NCBI GenBank assembly: GCA_021789855.1
Contig: JAJYIW010000001.1
Span: 1 to 62,772, forward strand
DNA from: Chloroflexota bacterium
GTDB lineage: Bacteria > Chloroflexota > Anaerolineae > Anaerolineales > Anaerolineaceae
DNA length: 62,772 bases
Direction of reading: 5' to 3'
This document shows, in pieces, positions 36,880-45,307 of this stretch (positions are counted from its first letter, which is position 1; every line of letters begins with the position of its first letter). The translations under genes were made by a program, and so were the position numbers. A model generated the notes under the pieces. The model did no database searches. It was not told where the DNA came from and saw only the letters and a program-made list of their open reading frames with translations.

Positions 36880-38331
36880 TTAGAGTCCTAGCAATTTATG
36901 AAACACTGCCAGGGATTGAGCTGGTTCTGGCAAGGCAAACCAGACCCAGCCCAGGGTCACATAATTGAAGGTGATAAAGGTGCTCAAGAAGGCCAGGCTT
37001 CGTTCGAGCCAGTGCGGGGGCGTCCAATCCCCCAGGTGCGTCCGGTAGAAATCCAACCAGCGGTTATGCAAGAATAGGCCTATTGCATGCCAGGCGCCCC
37101 AAAAAAGAAAATTCCAGGTGACGCCATGCCACAGGCCAATCAGAACCATCGTACAAAATTGTCCTAACAGGATCACGGCCGTGGCTGGCAACGGTTTTTT
37201 CATCGAACGCAGAGCGCGCACCAGCGGGTTAAAAAAATAGGCCCTGAACCACAGCGCCAGGGTGATATGCCAGCTATTCCAAAAAGCGGTCATGTTTTGC
37301 TTCAGGTAGGGGCGATCGAAGTTTTCGGGCAATTTGATCCCCACCCATCGCCCCAGGCCGATCGCAATATCCGTATAGCCCGAGAAGTCAAAATAAATCC
37401 GGAAAGCATACGCATATACCATCACCCACAGCCAGAGGGATGAGGTCACCTGAGAAGCGCTGGCCGGGCTGAGAGCCATCAGGGCCAGCGAATCAGCCAG
37501 CACAAATTTCTTAAAAAGACCCATCGTGACCCGCTCGCCCCCATCCATGAAAACCTCTGATAGGCTACGCCGTGGGCTGGAAAGATCTTTGGAGAACCGC
37601 TCAACCCGGTCGATAGGCCCTGCGGGTAAAGACGGGAAAAAGATGACATAAGTGACGTAATTGCGGAGGGACAAAAGCGGCAACCGGCCGGCCTGGCGGT
37701 CTCTCAAGGTATGGATGAGCCGAAAGGCTATGTACGAATAACCCAACCAGCTGATATCGCTGACGCGGGCCAGCGTGGTTTCCTGGCCTGCCAGGGCGCG
37801 AAACCAGGCGCTGGCTGCCTGGGTCAGGTGATTGGTCTTTAGAATGATGAATATACCCAGGAGGATCGCAATACCGGCGAATGAAAAAAGCTTTGTGGAG
37901 GGCGACCATTTCACCAGGGCAACGACGGACACCAGGATCAACGCCGCAGCCAGGCCAATCTGGGTCAGTTCAGGTGGAGTCGTCGGGATGATGCAGCAGG
38001 CAGGCCCCAGGTACCGGGTCAGCCCGATGCTCACCATGACCAGCAGGATGGCTAACCCGGCTAATCCGTCACCCATAAAGGTATGCTGAAAGCTTGCAGG
38101 GTTTGATTGGATTGGATGAGGCGGGCGGGTGATGGCCCAGCTCAAGAGGACCAGCCCCAGGGTCGCTGTAGGCAGCCAAAAATCCAGGTGGCGAATAGGG
38201 GAAGCCGGCTGGAGCCAATAAACTGCCAGAATACTGGTAAGAAATAATAGCCAACCCTGCCAGCTTTTATTTCGCAATAAACCTATGGCCAACGCTATTG
38301 CGCTGAGGGCCAGGATATTCGTAATTGTCAT
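36880..38331 (-). CDS. MBOAT-family membrane O-acyltransferase (DltB/AlgI-like)
   Basis: 483 aa, polytopic. 'FWNSWHITLALWFRAYFFNPL' and 'GLWHGVTWNFLFWGAWH' carry the conserved MBOAT His motifs. Confidence 0.9.
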   Translation of the reverse strand: MTITNILALSAIALAIGLLRNKSWQGWLLFLTSILAVYWLQPASPIRHLDFWLPTATLGLVLLSWAITRPPHPIQSNPASFQHTFMGDGLAGLAILLVMVSIGLTRYLGPACCIIPTTPPELTQIGLAAALILVSVVALVKWSPSTKLFSFAGIAILLGIFIILKTNHLTQAASAWFRALAGQETTLARVSDISWLGYSYIAFRLIHTLRDRQAGRLPLLSLRNYVTYVIFFPSLPAGPIDRVERFSKDLSSPRRSLSEVFMDGGERVTMGLFKKFVLADSLALMALSPASASQVTSSLWLWVMVYAYAFRIYFDFSGYTDIAIGLGRWVGIKLPENFDRPYLKQNMTAFWNSWHITLALWFRAYFFNPLVRALRSMKKPLPATAVILLGQFCTMVLIGLWHGVTWNFLFWGAWHAIGLFLHNRWLDFYRTHLGDWTPPHWLERSLAFLSTFITFNYVTLGWVWFALPEPAQSLAVFHKLLGL

Positions 38332-38471
38332 GGAAATATTGGCTAAAATCCCTGGTAAATCCAGGCTGGGGATTGGTCAGATGTCAAAATGATTAAAAGA
38401 ATAATAATCAAGCACAAAAGCAGCGCCCACAGGTTTTCTCGCCGAAAGAGCCGGGACAGAAAGGGCTTCAC

Positions 38472-38864
38472 TTATTTATAACCGCACATCCGCCATTGAT
38501 TATCTTCTTGGACCGCCACATAGGTGCGTGAGGATAAATCGATATCCTGGTTCTCGTTGTTGTAGGTAGTCACAATTTTCCCGGTGCAACTCACCAGGGT
38601 TTGGTTACCGTTCTTCCCGGTTTCCTTGCACGACATATTATCCAGGCGAGCCGTGACTGCTCCGAAAGAGTCCACTTCGGTTTGGGCCTGGCTTTCCCAA
38701 CTGGCGCAGGATAAGCTGACCACTTTATCCGGATTCTTGGCTACCAGCGCCTGCAGGTATCCTTCGATAGCCTGGGCAGCCCCGTTTTTCGGAGCGGCGC
38801 AGGCGGTGAGAAGAGTAGATAAGACAAAAATGCATAACAAGGCACCAATCATTTTTCGTTGCAT
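38472..38864 (-). CDS. Small lipoprotein of unknown function
   Basis: Signal peptide with lipobox 'LLTACAAP'. 130 aa. Confidence 0.55.
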   Translation of the reverse strand: MQRKMIGALLCIFVLSTLLTACAAPKNGAAQAIEGYLQALVAKNPDKVVSLSCASWESQAQTEVDSFGAVTARLDNMSCKETGKNGNQTLVSCTGKIVTTYNNENQDIDLSSRTYVAVQEDNQWRMCGYK

Positions 38865-39223
38865 AGATATCCCTTCGATATTTCTGTGGGTAACCGCTCA
38901 GACCCGTTTGAAAGACTCATACCAATATATTTTTCGATTATAAATCCCTGCTGCCAAAACGTAAACATGAAGAACCTCCTATTTATCTTACGGTTCTTCA
39001 GCCATCACCTTACCCTGCCCCAGTTGCTGGAATACGAGAAAACACATCCCTCCGGTCGGGGGAGAGTGGAAATTCAAGGGGCGGAGCGCCCAGGAACGGC
39101 CATGTCCGCAGGGGTATCGGCCAACCTCGGGCCTTTACTCGAAAGGTTTTGGCATATAATAGGTAGAGGGTGATTAACATCCTGTATGGGCTATTTAAAC
39201 ACAACACTTGACCGGAGGATTCT

Positions 39224-40327
39224 ATGAGCATTTATCTCTATTACCGCGTAGAAGAACTAGATGATTATATAATCCGTTTCTTTGAAAAGCTGGGGGTATC
39301 ACACGCGGATGCAGCCATTGCATCCGAGGTGCTCCTGTCCGCGGACCTTCGCGGGGTCGAATCGCACGGATTAATCCGGTTACATACGTATTATGGCAGC
39401 CGGCTACAAAAAGGAACGATCGATCCTACTTCCCCCATCACAGTAATCAATGAAACGCCTGCCACCCTGATATTGGATGGAGGTAAAGGCCTGGGTCAGG
39501 TGGTCGCGCGCACAGCCATGACCCGCTGCATTGAAAAGGCCAAAGAGAGTGGGATGGCCATGGTATCCGTGCGGAACAGCAATCATTATGGCATTGCCGG
39601 TTATTACGCCATGATGGCGCTTCCTCACAACATGATCGGTATCAGCCTCACCAATGCTCAACCCCTGGTGGCCCCCACGCACGGGCGAACCCCCCTGTTA
39701 GGCACCAATCCGATTTCCATTGCCGTCCCAACAGAGACGCAACGCCCGTTCGTGCTGGATATGGCAACCAGCATTGTCCCGATTGGTAAAGTCACCGTTT
39801 ATGATAAAGCGAAAAAATCTATCCCGGCTGGCTGGGGAATCAACCAGGCCGGGGTAGTGACCCAAAACCCTGCAGAAGTACTCAATGGGGGCGCCTTGCT
39901 GCCACTGGGCGGCACCGATGAGATGCGCGGTTACAAGGGGTATGGGTTGGCGATGATGGTGGACATTCTTTCGGGTGTGCTTTCTGGCGCAGCCTTTGGC
40001 GGCACCGTCGGGCGTCCCCGTGAAAATAAAGGCGCTAATGTAGGCCATTTCTTTGCCGCGATCAACGTCGAGGCCTTCCGCCCGGTGGAAGAATTTAAAA
40101 AGGATATGGACGAGTTTCTACTACAAATGAAAAACGCGCCCAAAGCAGTGGGTGAGGATCGGATTTATGTCGCTGGCGAAAAGGAATTTGAGCTGGCCGA
40201 ATATCATCGCCAGAATGGGGTACCCCTCATGGATGAAGTGGTCAAATCCCTGAAAGAGGCCGGCGACAAGATCGGAGTCGAGTTTACATTAAAGCCCCTT
40301 CGTGAAACAGAAGGGAACGAGATGTAG
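39224..40327 (+). CDS. Ldh_2-family (malate/L-lactate/sulfolactate/ureidoglycolate-type) NAD(P)H dehydrogenase
   Basis: 'ADLRGVESHGLIRL', 'NSNHYGIAGYYA', 'GTNPISIAVP', 'GYKGYGLAMMVDILSG'. Confidence 0.85.
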   Translation: MSIYLYYRVEELDDYIIRFFEKLGVSHADAAIASEVLLSADLRGVESHGLIRLHTYYGSRLQKGTIDPTSPITVINETPATLILDGGKGLGQVVARTAMTRCIEKAKESGMAMVSVRNSNHYGIAGYYAMMALPHNMIGISLTNAQPLVAPTHGRTPLLGTNPISIAVPTETQRPFVLDMATSIVPIGKVTVYDKAKKSIPAGWGINQAGVVTQNPAEVLNGGALLPLGGTDEMRGYKGYGLAMMVDILSGVLSGAAFGGTVGRPRENKGANVGHFFAAINVEAFRPVEEFKKDMDEFLLQMKNAPKAVGEDRIYVAGEKEFELAEYHRQNGVPLMDEVVKSLKEAGDKIGVEFTLKPLRETEGNEM

Positions 40328-40424
40328 ACCATACATTTGACCTATCATTTGCAGGATAAATGTCTCCTGTTTTAGGATGATCGCCACTACAAAGCGGCCA
40401 ATCCATCCGTTAATATAAACGCAA

Positions 40425-40916
40425 ATGTATGGTCAACAATTGTCGCAGCTTACCCTCTTTCACGATTTAACCGCTGAACAACTGGATTTGATCCAGTCTT
40501 TCGGGGAAGTTTGTGATTTTTCTAAGGGTATCATCATCTTCGACCAGGGAGATCAAGCCGAGCACCTGTATATCGTCATTCATGGTGAGGTCATCATCCG
40601 GTATAAGCCTTATGATGGGCCTGATATCACGGTGTCTCACATTGGCGAGGGAGGGGTGTTCGGCTGGTCGGCGGCTCTTGGGCGCACCATCTATACGTCT
40701 GCAGCCATGACCACCATGCCCAGTAAGTTTTATCGCTTCAAGTCGGAAAACTTACGCGAACTTTGCGAAAAGAGCCCAGAAACCGGCCATATCGTCCTGG
40801 ATCGCCTGGCCACTGCCATCGCTGAAAGGCTCCGGAGCACTCACAACCAGGTTCTGACCATATTGACACAAGCAGTGGGTTCTGAATTGGTTACCGAGGA
40901 GAATAAGAGTGAATAG
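40425..40916 (+). CDS. Stand-alone cyclic-nucleotide-binding domain protein (no HTH)
   Basis: 'LFHDLTAEQLDLI', 'IIFDQGDQAEHLYIVIHGEV', 'GEGGVFGWSAAL..RTIYTSAAM'. Only 163 aa. Confidence 0.8.
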   Translation: MYGQQLSQLTLFHDLTAEQLDLIQSFGEVCDFSKGIIIFDQGDQAEHLYIVIHGEVIIRYKPYDGPDITVSHIGEGGVFGWSAALGRTIYTSAAMTTMPSKFYRFKSENLRELCEKSPETGHIVLDRLATAIAERLRSTHNQVLTILTQAVGSELVTEENKSE

Positions 40917-41169
40917 CAGCGATAACAACCTGGCGAATTACACCACTGAAGATAAGCTCAATGCGCTTATCGAACAGCTGGATGCCTATATCACTCACTT
41001 TCATGGTGGGTCGGTCGAGCTCGTGTCCTTCGACGGTAAGCATCTCAAGATACACCTGGGCGGTGCATGCCTGGGTTGCCCGCTTTCCCCAGCAACCGTT
41101 CATGGATGGGTTGCTGGGACGGTAAAACAATTTTTCCCCGAAATCGAGTCGATCGAATCGGTTGACTGA
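40909..41169 (+). CDS. NifU C-terminal-domain-like Fe-S scaffold protein
   Basis: 'HGGSVELVSFDGKHLKIHLGGACLGCPLSPATV' (CxxC). GTG start with GAGGAG 8 nt upstream. It overlaps the upstream gene by 8 nt. Confidence 0.8.
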   Translation: MNSSDNNLANYTTEDKLNALIEQLDAYITHFHGGSVELVSFDGKHLKIHLGGACLGCPLSPATVHGWVAGTVKQFFPEIESIESVD

Positions 41170-41209
41170 TACACTCCCCAATAAGAACAGGTAGAACCGG
41201 CCGAGACAT

Positions 41210-42073
41210 TTATCGGCCGGTCTTCACGGTTGATGAGGGGATTTGATTAATTTCATTCCGAACGGTCTGATATAAATTCTCTGCTTTTAATTCGCTCAGG
41301 GTATAGCAGGGCGATTTTAAATGATCGGCCAGCGCCTGGGCCAGGCCCTGGTCAAACGCGGCATGTTCCATGTTGATCACGACGGAACGAATGCGATCAT
41401 CAGCAATCTCATCGGAGATTTGGTGGGCTTCTTCCTGTGGTGGCACGCGGGTGATAGCCACATTGCCGGCCCCATCCGTGAGGATGATTAACAGCGGCTC
41501 GACATCCGGGTGCAAGAGTCGCTCGCGCAGCAGGACTTCGTGAGCCATTTGCAAGCCGGCCGACAGCGGGGTTTTGCCCCCAACCGGAATATCGGCTAAG
41601 GCTTGCTGAGCCAGAAGCACCGAGTTGGTGGGCGGGAGTACCAGGGTGGCACGGTCTTTTTGAAAGACAATTAATCCCACCCGATCACGCCGCTGGTAGG
41701 CATCCGTTAATAAAGACAGGATAGCGCCTTTGGTAGCTGCCATGCGTTCAGCCACGGCCATGGACCAGGAAGCGTCAACCAGGAAAAGGATCAGGTTGGC
41801 AGAGCGACGCACGCGCACTTTCCGTTGAAAGTCGGCCGGCCGGATCGCAAAAGCAACCCGTTGGCGGAGCTCGGTTCTTTCCTTTTGGAAGGGAGCCGCC
41901 GCGCGCATCGTCGCATCAAAGGCCAGATCGTCCGCCTTGCCTGGAGTTGGCCGGGCCTGAATATAGCGGCCTCGTTTACGGTCGGTGTGAGAACGCGAGC
42001 GACGACCAGAATTGCGCCGCACCATTTTATCCAGAGGGGTATCCAGCCGGCGAGGCGTAAAGGATTCTCCCAC
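41210..42073 (-). CDS. chlD: ChlD/BchD/CobT-type vWA domain (C-terminal half of a chelatase medium subunit); the frame stays open upstream to 42220
   Basis: 'DLAFDATMRAAAPFQKER', 'LILFLVDASWSMAVAERMAATKGAILSLLTDAYQRRDRVGLIVF', 'LPPTNSV', 'GGKTPLSAGL', 'LIILTDGAGN'. The only in-frame start is GTG 42073, but the frame has no stop back to the A-run at 42194-42203 (see findings). Confidence 0.85.
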   Translation of the reverse strand: MGESFTPRRLDTPLDKMVRRNSGRRSRSHTDRKRGRYIQARPTPGKADDLAFDATMRAAAPFQKERTELRQRVAFAIRPADFQRKVRVRRSANLILFLVDASWSMAVAERMAATKGAILSLLTDAYQRRDRVGLIVFQKDRATLVLPPTNSVLLAQQALADIPVGGKTPLSAGLQMAHEVLLRERLLHPDVEPLLIILTDGAGNVAITRVPPQEEAHQISDEIADDRIRSVVINMEHAAFDQGLAQALADHLKSPCYTLSELKAENLYQTVRNEINQIPSSTVKTGR

Positions 42074-42186
42074 CTGGACCTTCCGCCCACCTTCCCACCA
42101 GCGTGCATTTTTATCATCAAAAACGCTCTGGGGGCTGGGCTCCGGGGTACCGGCGTCAGGGGGCCTGTCGCTCGGCTCAGACCCGT

Positions 42187-43290
42187 TCAGCTCTTTTTTT
42201 TTTGCCCGGCTGCCTCTTCCTCAGGTGCCTCTTCAACCGCCTCGGACTCCCCTGAGCTGACGGATTGCCCCTGAAGCTGGGCAATATGTTCTTGAAGTTG
42301 TTCAGTGGTGATCTCAGATTGCTGGAAGGGCCCGCGTTTAATCCGGTGGGGTAGCGCCAGCTCAGCCGCAAGGGCGATATCATGATCGGAAATCTTCACC
42401 CGGCCTTCAAAGGCCGCCTGGGCGCGCGCTGCCTTGAGAATCACCAGGTCAGCTCGATGCCCTTCCACATTGAGCGAAGCAGTCAGGTCAGCGATGACCA
42501 GTAAGTCCCGCCGGGTATAGCTGACTTTATCGACCAGCTGGCGGGCACGCTCAATCTGGCGGGATAACTCCTGTTCTTTTTGCGCCCAATCCTGGTAAAA
42601 CGCTTCTGGATCAGCCTCGAAGGCCAGGTTTCGCTCCATAATCAACACCCGCTGACGGGCATCATGCAATCCCCGGATGTCCACTGAGAGAGCAAAACGA
42701 TCCAACAATTGTGGGCGTAAATCCCCTTCCTCTGGATTCATCGTCCCAACCAGGATAAAACGCGCCGGGTGGGTGAATGAAATTCCTTCCCTTTCCACAA
42801 TGTTCATTCCCATCGCCGCTGAGTCAAGTAAGACATCCACGACATGGTCATCCAGGAGGTTGACCTCATCGATATACAGCAAGCCGCGGTTGGCCGCCGC
42901 CAGGACGCCGGGCTCAAAGTGGCGCTCCCCTTTCTGAATAGCCTTCTCAATATCCAGGGTGCCTACTACCCGATCTTCCGTCGCTGAGACAGGCAGGTTG
43001 ATAAAGGCCGTGGTGCGAGCCGTTACCGGCAAATCTTCGCCCCGACCATGGCGTTCCCGGCATTCCGTGCACCAGGTGTTGGGAGAATCGGGGTCACAAC
43101 CAAATCGGCAATCACTGACGACATTCACTTTAGGCAGCAAGGCCGCCAGGGCACGCGCAGCCGTCGACTTGGCCGTGCCGCGCTCACCTCGGATCAGCAC
43201 CCCGCCAATCCGGGCGTTGACCGCATTGAGTATGAGAGCGCGACACATGCGTTCCTGTCCAACTATAGCAGTGAAGGGAAAGATGTACAT
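42187..43290 (-). CDS. chlI: ChlI/BchI-type AAA+ chelatase ATPase subunit (zero-frame product)
   Basis: 'FPFTAIVGQERMCRALILNAVNARIGGVLIRGERGTAKST' (Walker A), 'LLYIDEVNLLDDHVVDVLLD' (Walker B), 'FILVGTMNPEEGDLRPQLLDRF'. The acidic tail is 'GESEAVEEAPEEEAAGQKKKS'. Confidence 0.9.
   Translation of the reverse strand: MYIFPFTAIVGQERMCRALILNAVNARIGGVLIRGERGTAKSTAARALAALLPKVNVVSDCRFGCDPDSPNTWCTECRERHGRGEDLPVTARTTAFINLPVSATEDRVVGTLDIEKAIQKGERHFEPGVLAAANRGLLYIDEVNLLDDHVVDVLLDSAAMGMNIVEREGISFTHPARFILVGTMNPEEGDLRPQLLDRFALSVDIRGLHDARQRVLIMERNLAFEADPEAFYQDWAQKEQELSRQIERARQLVDKVSYTRRDLLVIADLTASLNVEGHRADLVILKAARAQAAFEGRVKISDHDIALAAELALPHRIKRGPFQQSEITTEQLQEHIAQLQGQSVSSGESEAVEEAPEEEAAGQKKKS
42193..42199 (-). 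promoter_or_regulatory. Candidate -1 programmed ribosomal frameshift heptamer A_AAA_AAG
   Basis: The zero-frame reading is CAA AAA AAA AAG AGC TGA. The heptamer matches the dnaX-type X_XXY_YYZ pattern. A downstream 7-bp stem GGGUCUG/CAGGCCC (42184-42161) starts 8 nt after the heptamer. Confidence 0.6.
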
Positions 43291-43496
43291 GGAAATAAGT
43301 TTACCACTAGTAGAGTTGAGCGTAAATCCTTGTAGTTTCCACCGGACTCAGGATGTAGTTAACCTATTTTGATTGACCAGGCGCTATTCCCAATCCGCAG
43401 AAAAAGGTATTTTTAATCTTTTTATTAAGGGTTGCAAATAAGACGATTCCCTCTTATAATGTACCTTAAACCTTATATCCGGAGTACAAAAACAGT

Positions 43497-44762
43497 ATGG
43501 ATAATCAAGATACTCAACTCGAGCAGGGGGCGACGCCCGAGAATAATCAAACTGCTGAAAATCATAATATGGAATCTCTGCTGGAGCAAGAAGGGCTGGG
43601 GATTGATTTTCCGGCCCAGGGAGAGATCCGCACAGGCATGATCGCCAGTATCAGCGCAGGACAAATCCTGGTCAGTGTCGGCACAAAATCGGAAGGCGTC
43701 ATCACCGGGAAAGAATTAGAAGCGATACCTGCCGAAGAACTGGCTACCCTGCAAGTTGGGCAGGAGATACCTGTGTACGTGGTCAACCCGGAAGACCAGG
43801 GCGGCAACCTGGTGCTTTCGTATGTCCGCGCCCGTGAAGAAGTGAGCTGGCTCGATGCAGAGAAAATGATGACCTCGGCAGAAACCTTCCACGGCAATAT
43901 CATTGGATACAACAAGGGTGGGTTGATTGTCCCAATGGGCAGTCTCCGGGGTTTTGTCCCAGCATCGCAAATCAGCCTTTCTCGGCGCATCTCATTAAGC
44001 GGCGACACTCCAGAACAACGCTGGAGTAAAATGGTCGGCCAGCCGATCGATGTGCGCGTGATTGAAGTCGACCGCGAACGCCGGCGATTAATCCTCTCCG
44101 AAAGGGCTGCCAGCACCGAAACGCGCGAGACCCTTAAAGAACGCGTCATCGAGGAGCTTAAAGAAGGCGAAATTCGCACGGGGCGGGTAACCAGCCTGGC
44201 GGATTTTGGCGCATTCGTCAATATCAGCGGCGCCGATGGCCTGGTTCACCTTTCCGAAATATCGTGGGAACGTATCCAGCATCCTAACGAAGTGCTCAAG
44301 GTTGGACAGGAAGTCAAGGTTAAAGTCATCAGCATTGATCGGGAAAAGAAACGCATTGGCCTCTCCATCCGGCAGCTTTTAGAGGATCCCTGGGCGCAGC
44401 AGGTGGCGCATCTCCAGGTAGGCCAGCTGGTTGAAGGAAAAATCACCCGGTTAACCAAGTTCGGCGCGTTTGCCCGTCTTGAGGGCGATGTAGAAGGTCT
44501 CATCCATATCTCCGAGATCAGCGAAAAACGGATCGAGCACCCGAAAGAAGTTTTACACGAAGGGGATACCATCACCCTGCGCGTGATCAAGATCGATGCA
44601 GAAAATCATCGCATTGGCCTCAGCCTACGCCGGGTGGATTCACCGGCTTATGCCGACATGGACTGGAAAGCCCTGGCAGATGAAATGGGCACCACGCCCA
44701 CCCCCCCTGCCCCATCCACGCCTGAGGCTCCAGAAGCAAGCAACGACGATCCACAGGCTTAG
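43497..44762 (+). CDS. rpsA: 30S ribosomal protein S1 (four S1 domains)
   Basis: It has repeated S1 OB-fold signatures: 'GMIASIS..GQILVSVG.KSEGVI', 'FHGNIIGYNKGGLIVPMGSLRGFVPASQ', 'RTGRVTSLADFGAFVNISGADGLVHLSEIS', 'VEGKITRLTKFGAFARLEGDVEGLIHISEIS'. Confidence 0.9.
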   Translation: MDNQDTQLEQGATPENNQTAENHNMESLLEQEGLGIDFPAQGEIRTGMIASISAGQILVSVGTKSEGVITGKELEAIPAEELATLQVGQEIPVYVVNPEDQGGNLVLSYVRAREEVSWLDAEKMMTSAETFHGNIIGYNKGGLIVPMGSLRGFVPASQISLSRRISLSGDTPEQRWSKMVGQPIDVRVIEVDRERRRLILSERAASTETRETLKERVIEELKEGEIRTGRVTSLADFGAFVNISGADGLVHLSEISWERIQHPNEVLKVGQEVKVKVISIDREKKRIGLSIRQLLEDPWAQQVAHLQVGQLVEGKITRLTKFGAFARLEGDVEGLIHISEISEKRIEHPKEVLHEGDTITLRVIKIDAENHRIGLSLRRVDSPAYADMDWKALADEMGTTPTPPAPSTPEAPEASNDDPQA

Positions 44763-44775
44763 TTGAGTAGAAAAG

Positions 44776-44805
44776 AGCGCACCCGACCCAGGTGCGCTTT
44801 TCATT
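44776..44805 (+). terminator. Intrinsic terminator after rpsA
   Basis: Stem AGCGCACC (44776-44783) / GGTGCGCT (44791-44798) with a 7-nt loop, followed by TTTTCATTACTTT. Confidence 0.7.
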
Positions 44806-44821
44806 ACTTTACTTCTCGAGC

Positions 44822-45301
44822 ATGAGTGAATCTCTTCCATCTTCTGATCCCTTGAACCCTGAGCCCAGGCCAGGAGCCCCCCAGGCGTTTTCTTACTCCA
44901 CCACGCGCGTCCGCATAGGCCTTTTAATTACACTGATTGGTTTTGTGCTTGCGATCCTGGGAATCCGGCCGGCAATTTTCGGCCTTGATCGGAGTCCCTT
45001 GATCGGATTTGTCCAGCTTGCCGTTTTCTTAGTCGGCCTGGCTATCATCTGCATTGGGGGCTATCTCAGCCTGGCATCTTTCTGGCGCCGTTCGCCTACC
45101 AGCATCGCGGCGGAGATCGGGCTTCGCCTGGTCGCGACCGGCTATGTGATTTGCGTTTTTTCCGGCATGGCAGACATCTTTGGCTTCGGCAGCCAGTTGC
45201 TCCCAGCCGTTCCCTATTTTGGCCCCCTCCAGGCGCTCGGCGTGGAAGTGGGTGAAACGATCATCGCGGTGGGTTTTCTGCTCATCATCCCTTACCATTA
45301 A
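44822..45301 (+). CDS. Small integral membrane protein of unknown function
   Basis: Four hydrophobic helices. I prefer ATG 44822 because the track's GTG start at 44792 lies inside the rpsA terminator stem. Confidence 0.5.
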   Translation: MSESLPSSDPLNPEPRPGAPQAFSYSTTRVRIGLLITLIGFVLAILGIRPAIFGLDRSPLIGFVQLAVFLVGLAIICIGGYLSLASFWRRSPTSIAAEIGLRLVATGYVICVFSGMADIFGFGSQLLPAVPYFGPLQALGVEVGETIIAVGFLLIIPYH

Positions 45302-45307
45302 TTCAAT

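Noticed and set aside
39040-39160. A GC-rich structured-looking stretch upstream of the Ldh_2 gene (GGGGGAGAGTGGAAATTCAAGGGGCGGAGCGCCC...) that superficially recalls the cobalamin-riboswitch core. It was tempting because chelatase genes are nearby.
   Set aside because: There is no B12 box (GCCACTG-like) and no convincing conserved helices. The downstream gene is not B12-related. Only short 4-5 bp hairpins can be drawn. A covariance-model scan (Rfam/Infernal) would be needed to revive this idea.
41196-41221. The hairpin ACCGGCCG-N10-CGGCCGGT between the NifU-like gene and the chelatase vWA ORF, considered as a bidirectional terminator.
   Set aside because: The distal arm and loop overlap the last codons and stop of the vWA ORF. 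There is no T-tract on the plus side and only a weak one on the minus side. I therefore left it out of the feature list.
42074-42186. Treating the 113-nt ChlI-vWA gap as an ordinary intergenic spacer, or the locus as a decayed pseudogene.
   Set aside because: The vWA frame is stop-free across the whole gap and encodes a ChlD-like Pro/acidic linker. It also meets the zero frame exactly at an A_AAA_AAG heptamer. Recoding, or a one-base homopolymer miscall, explains this better. The sequencing-error alternative is kept open in the finding.
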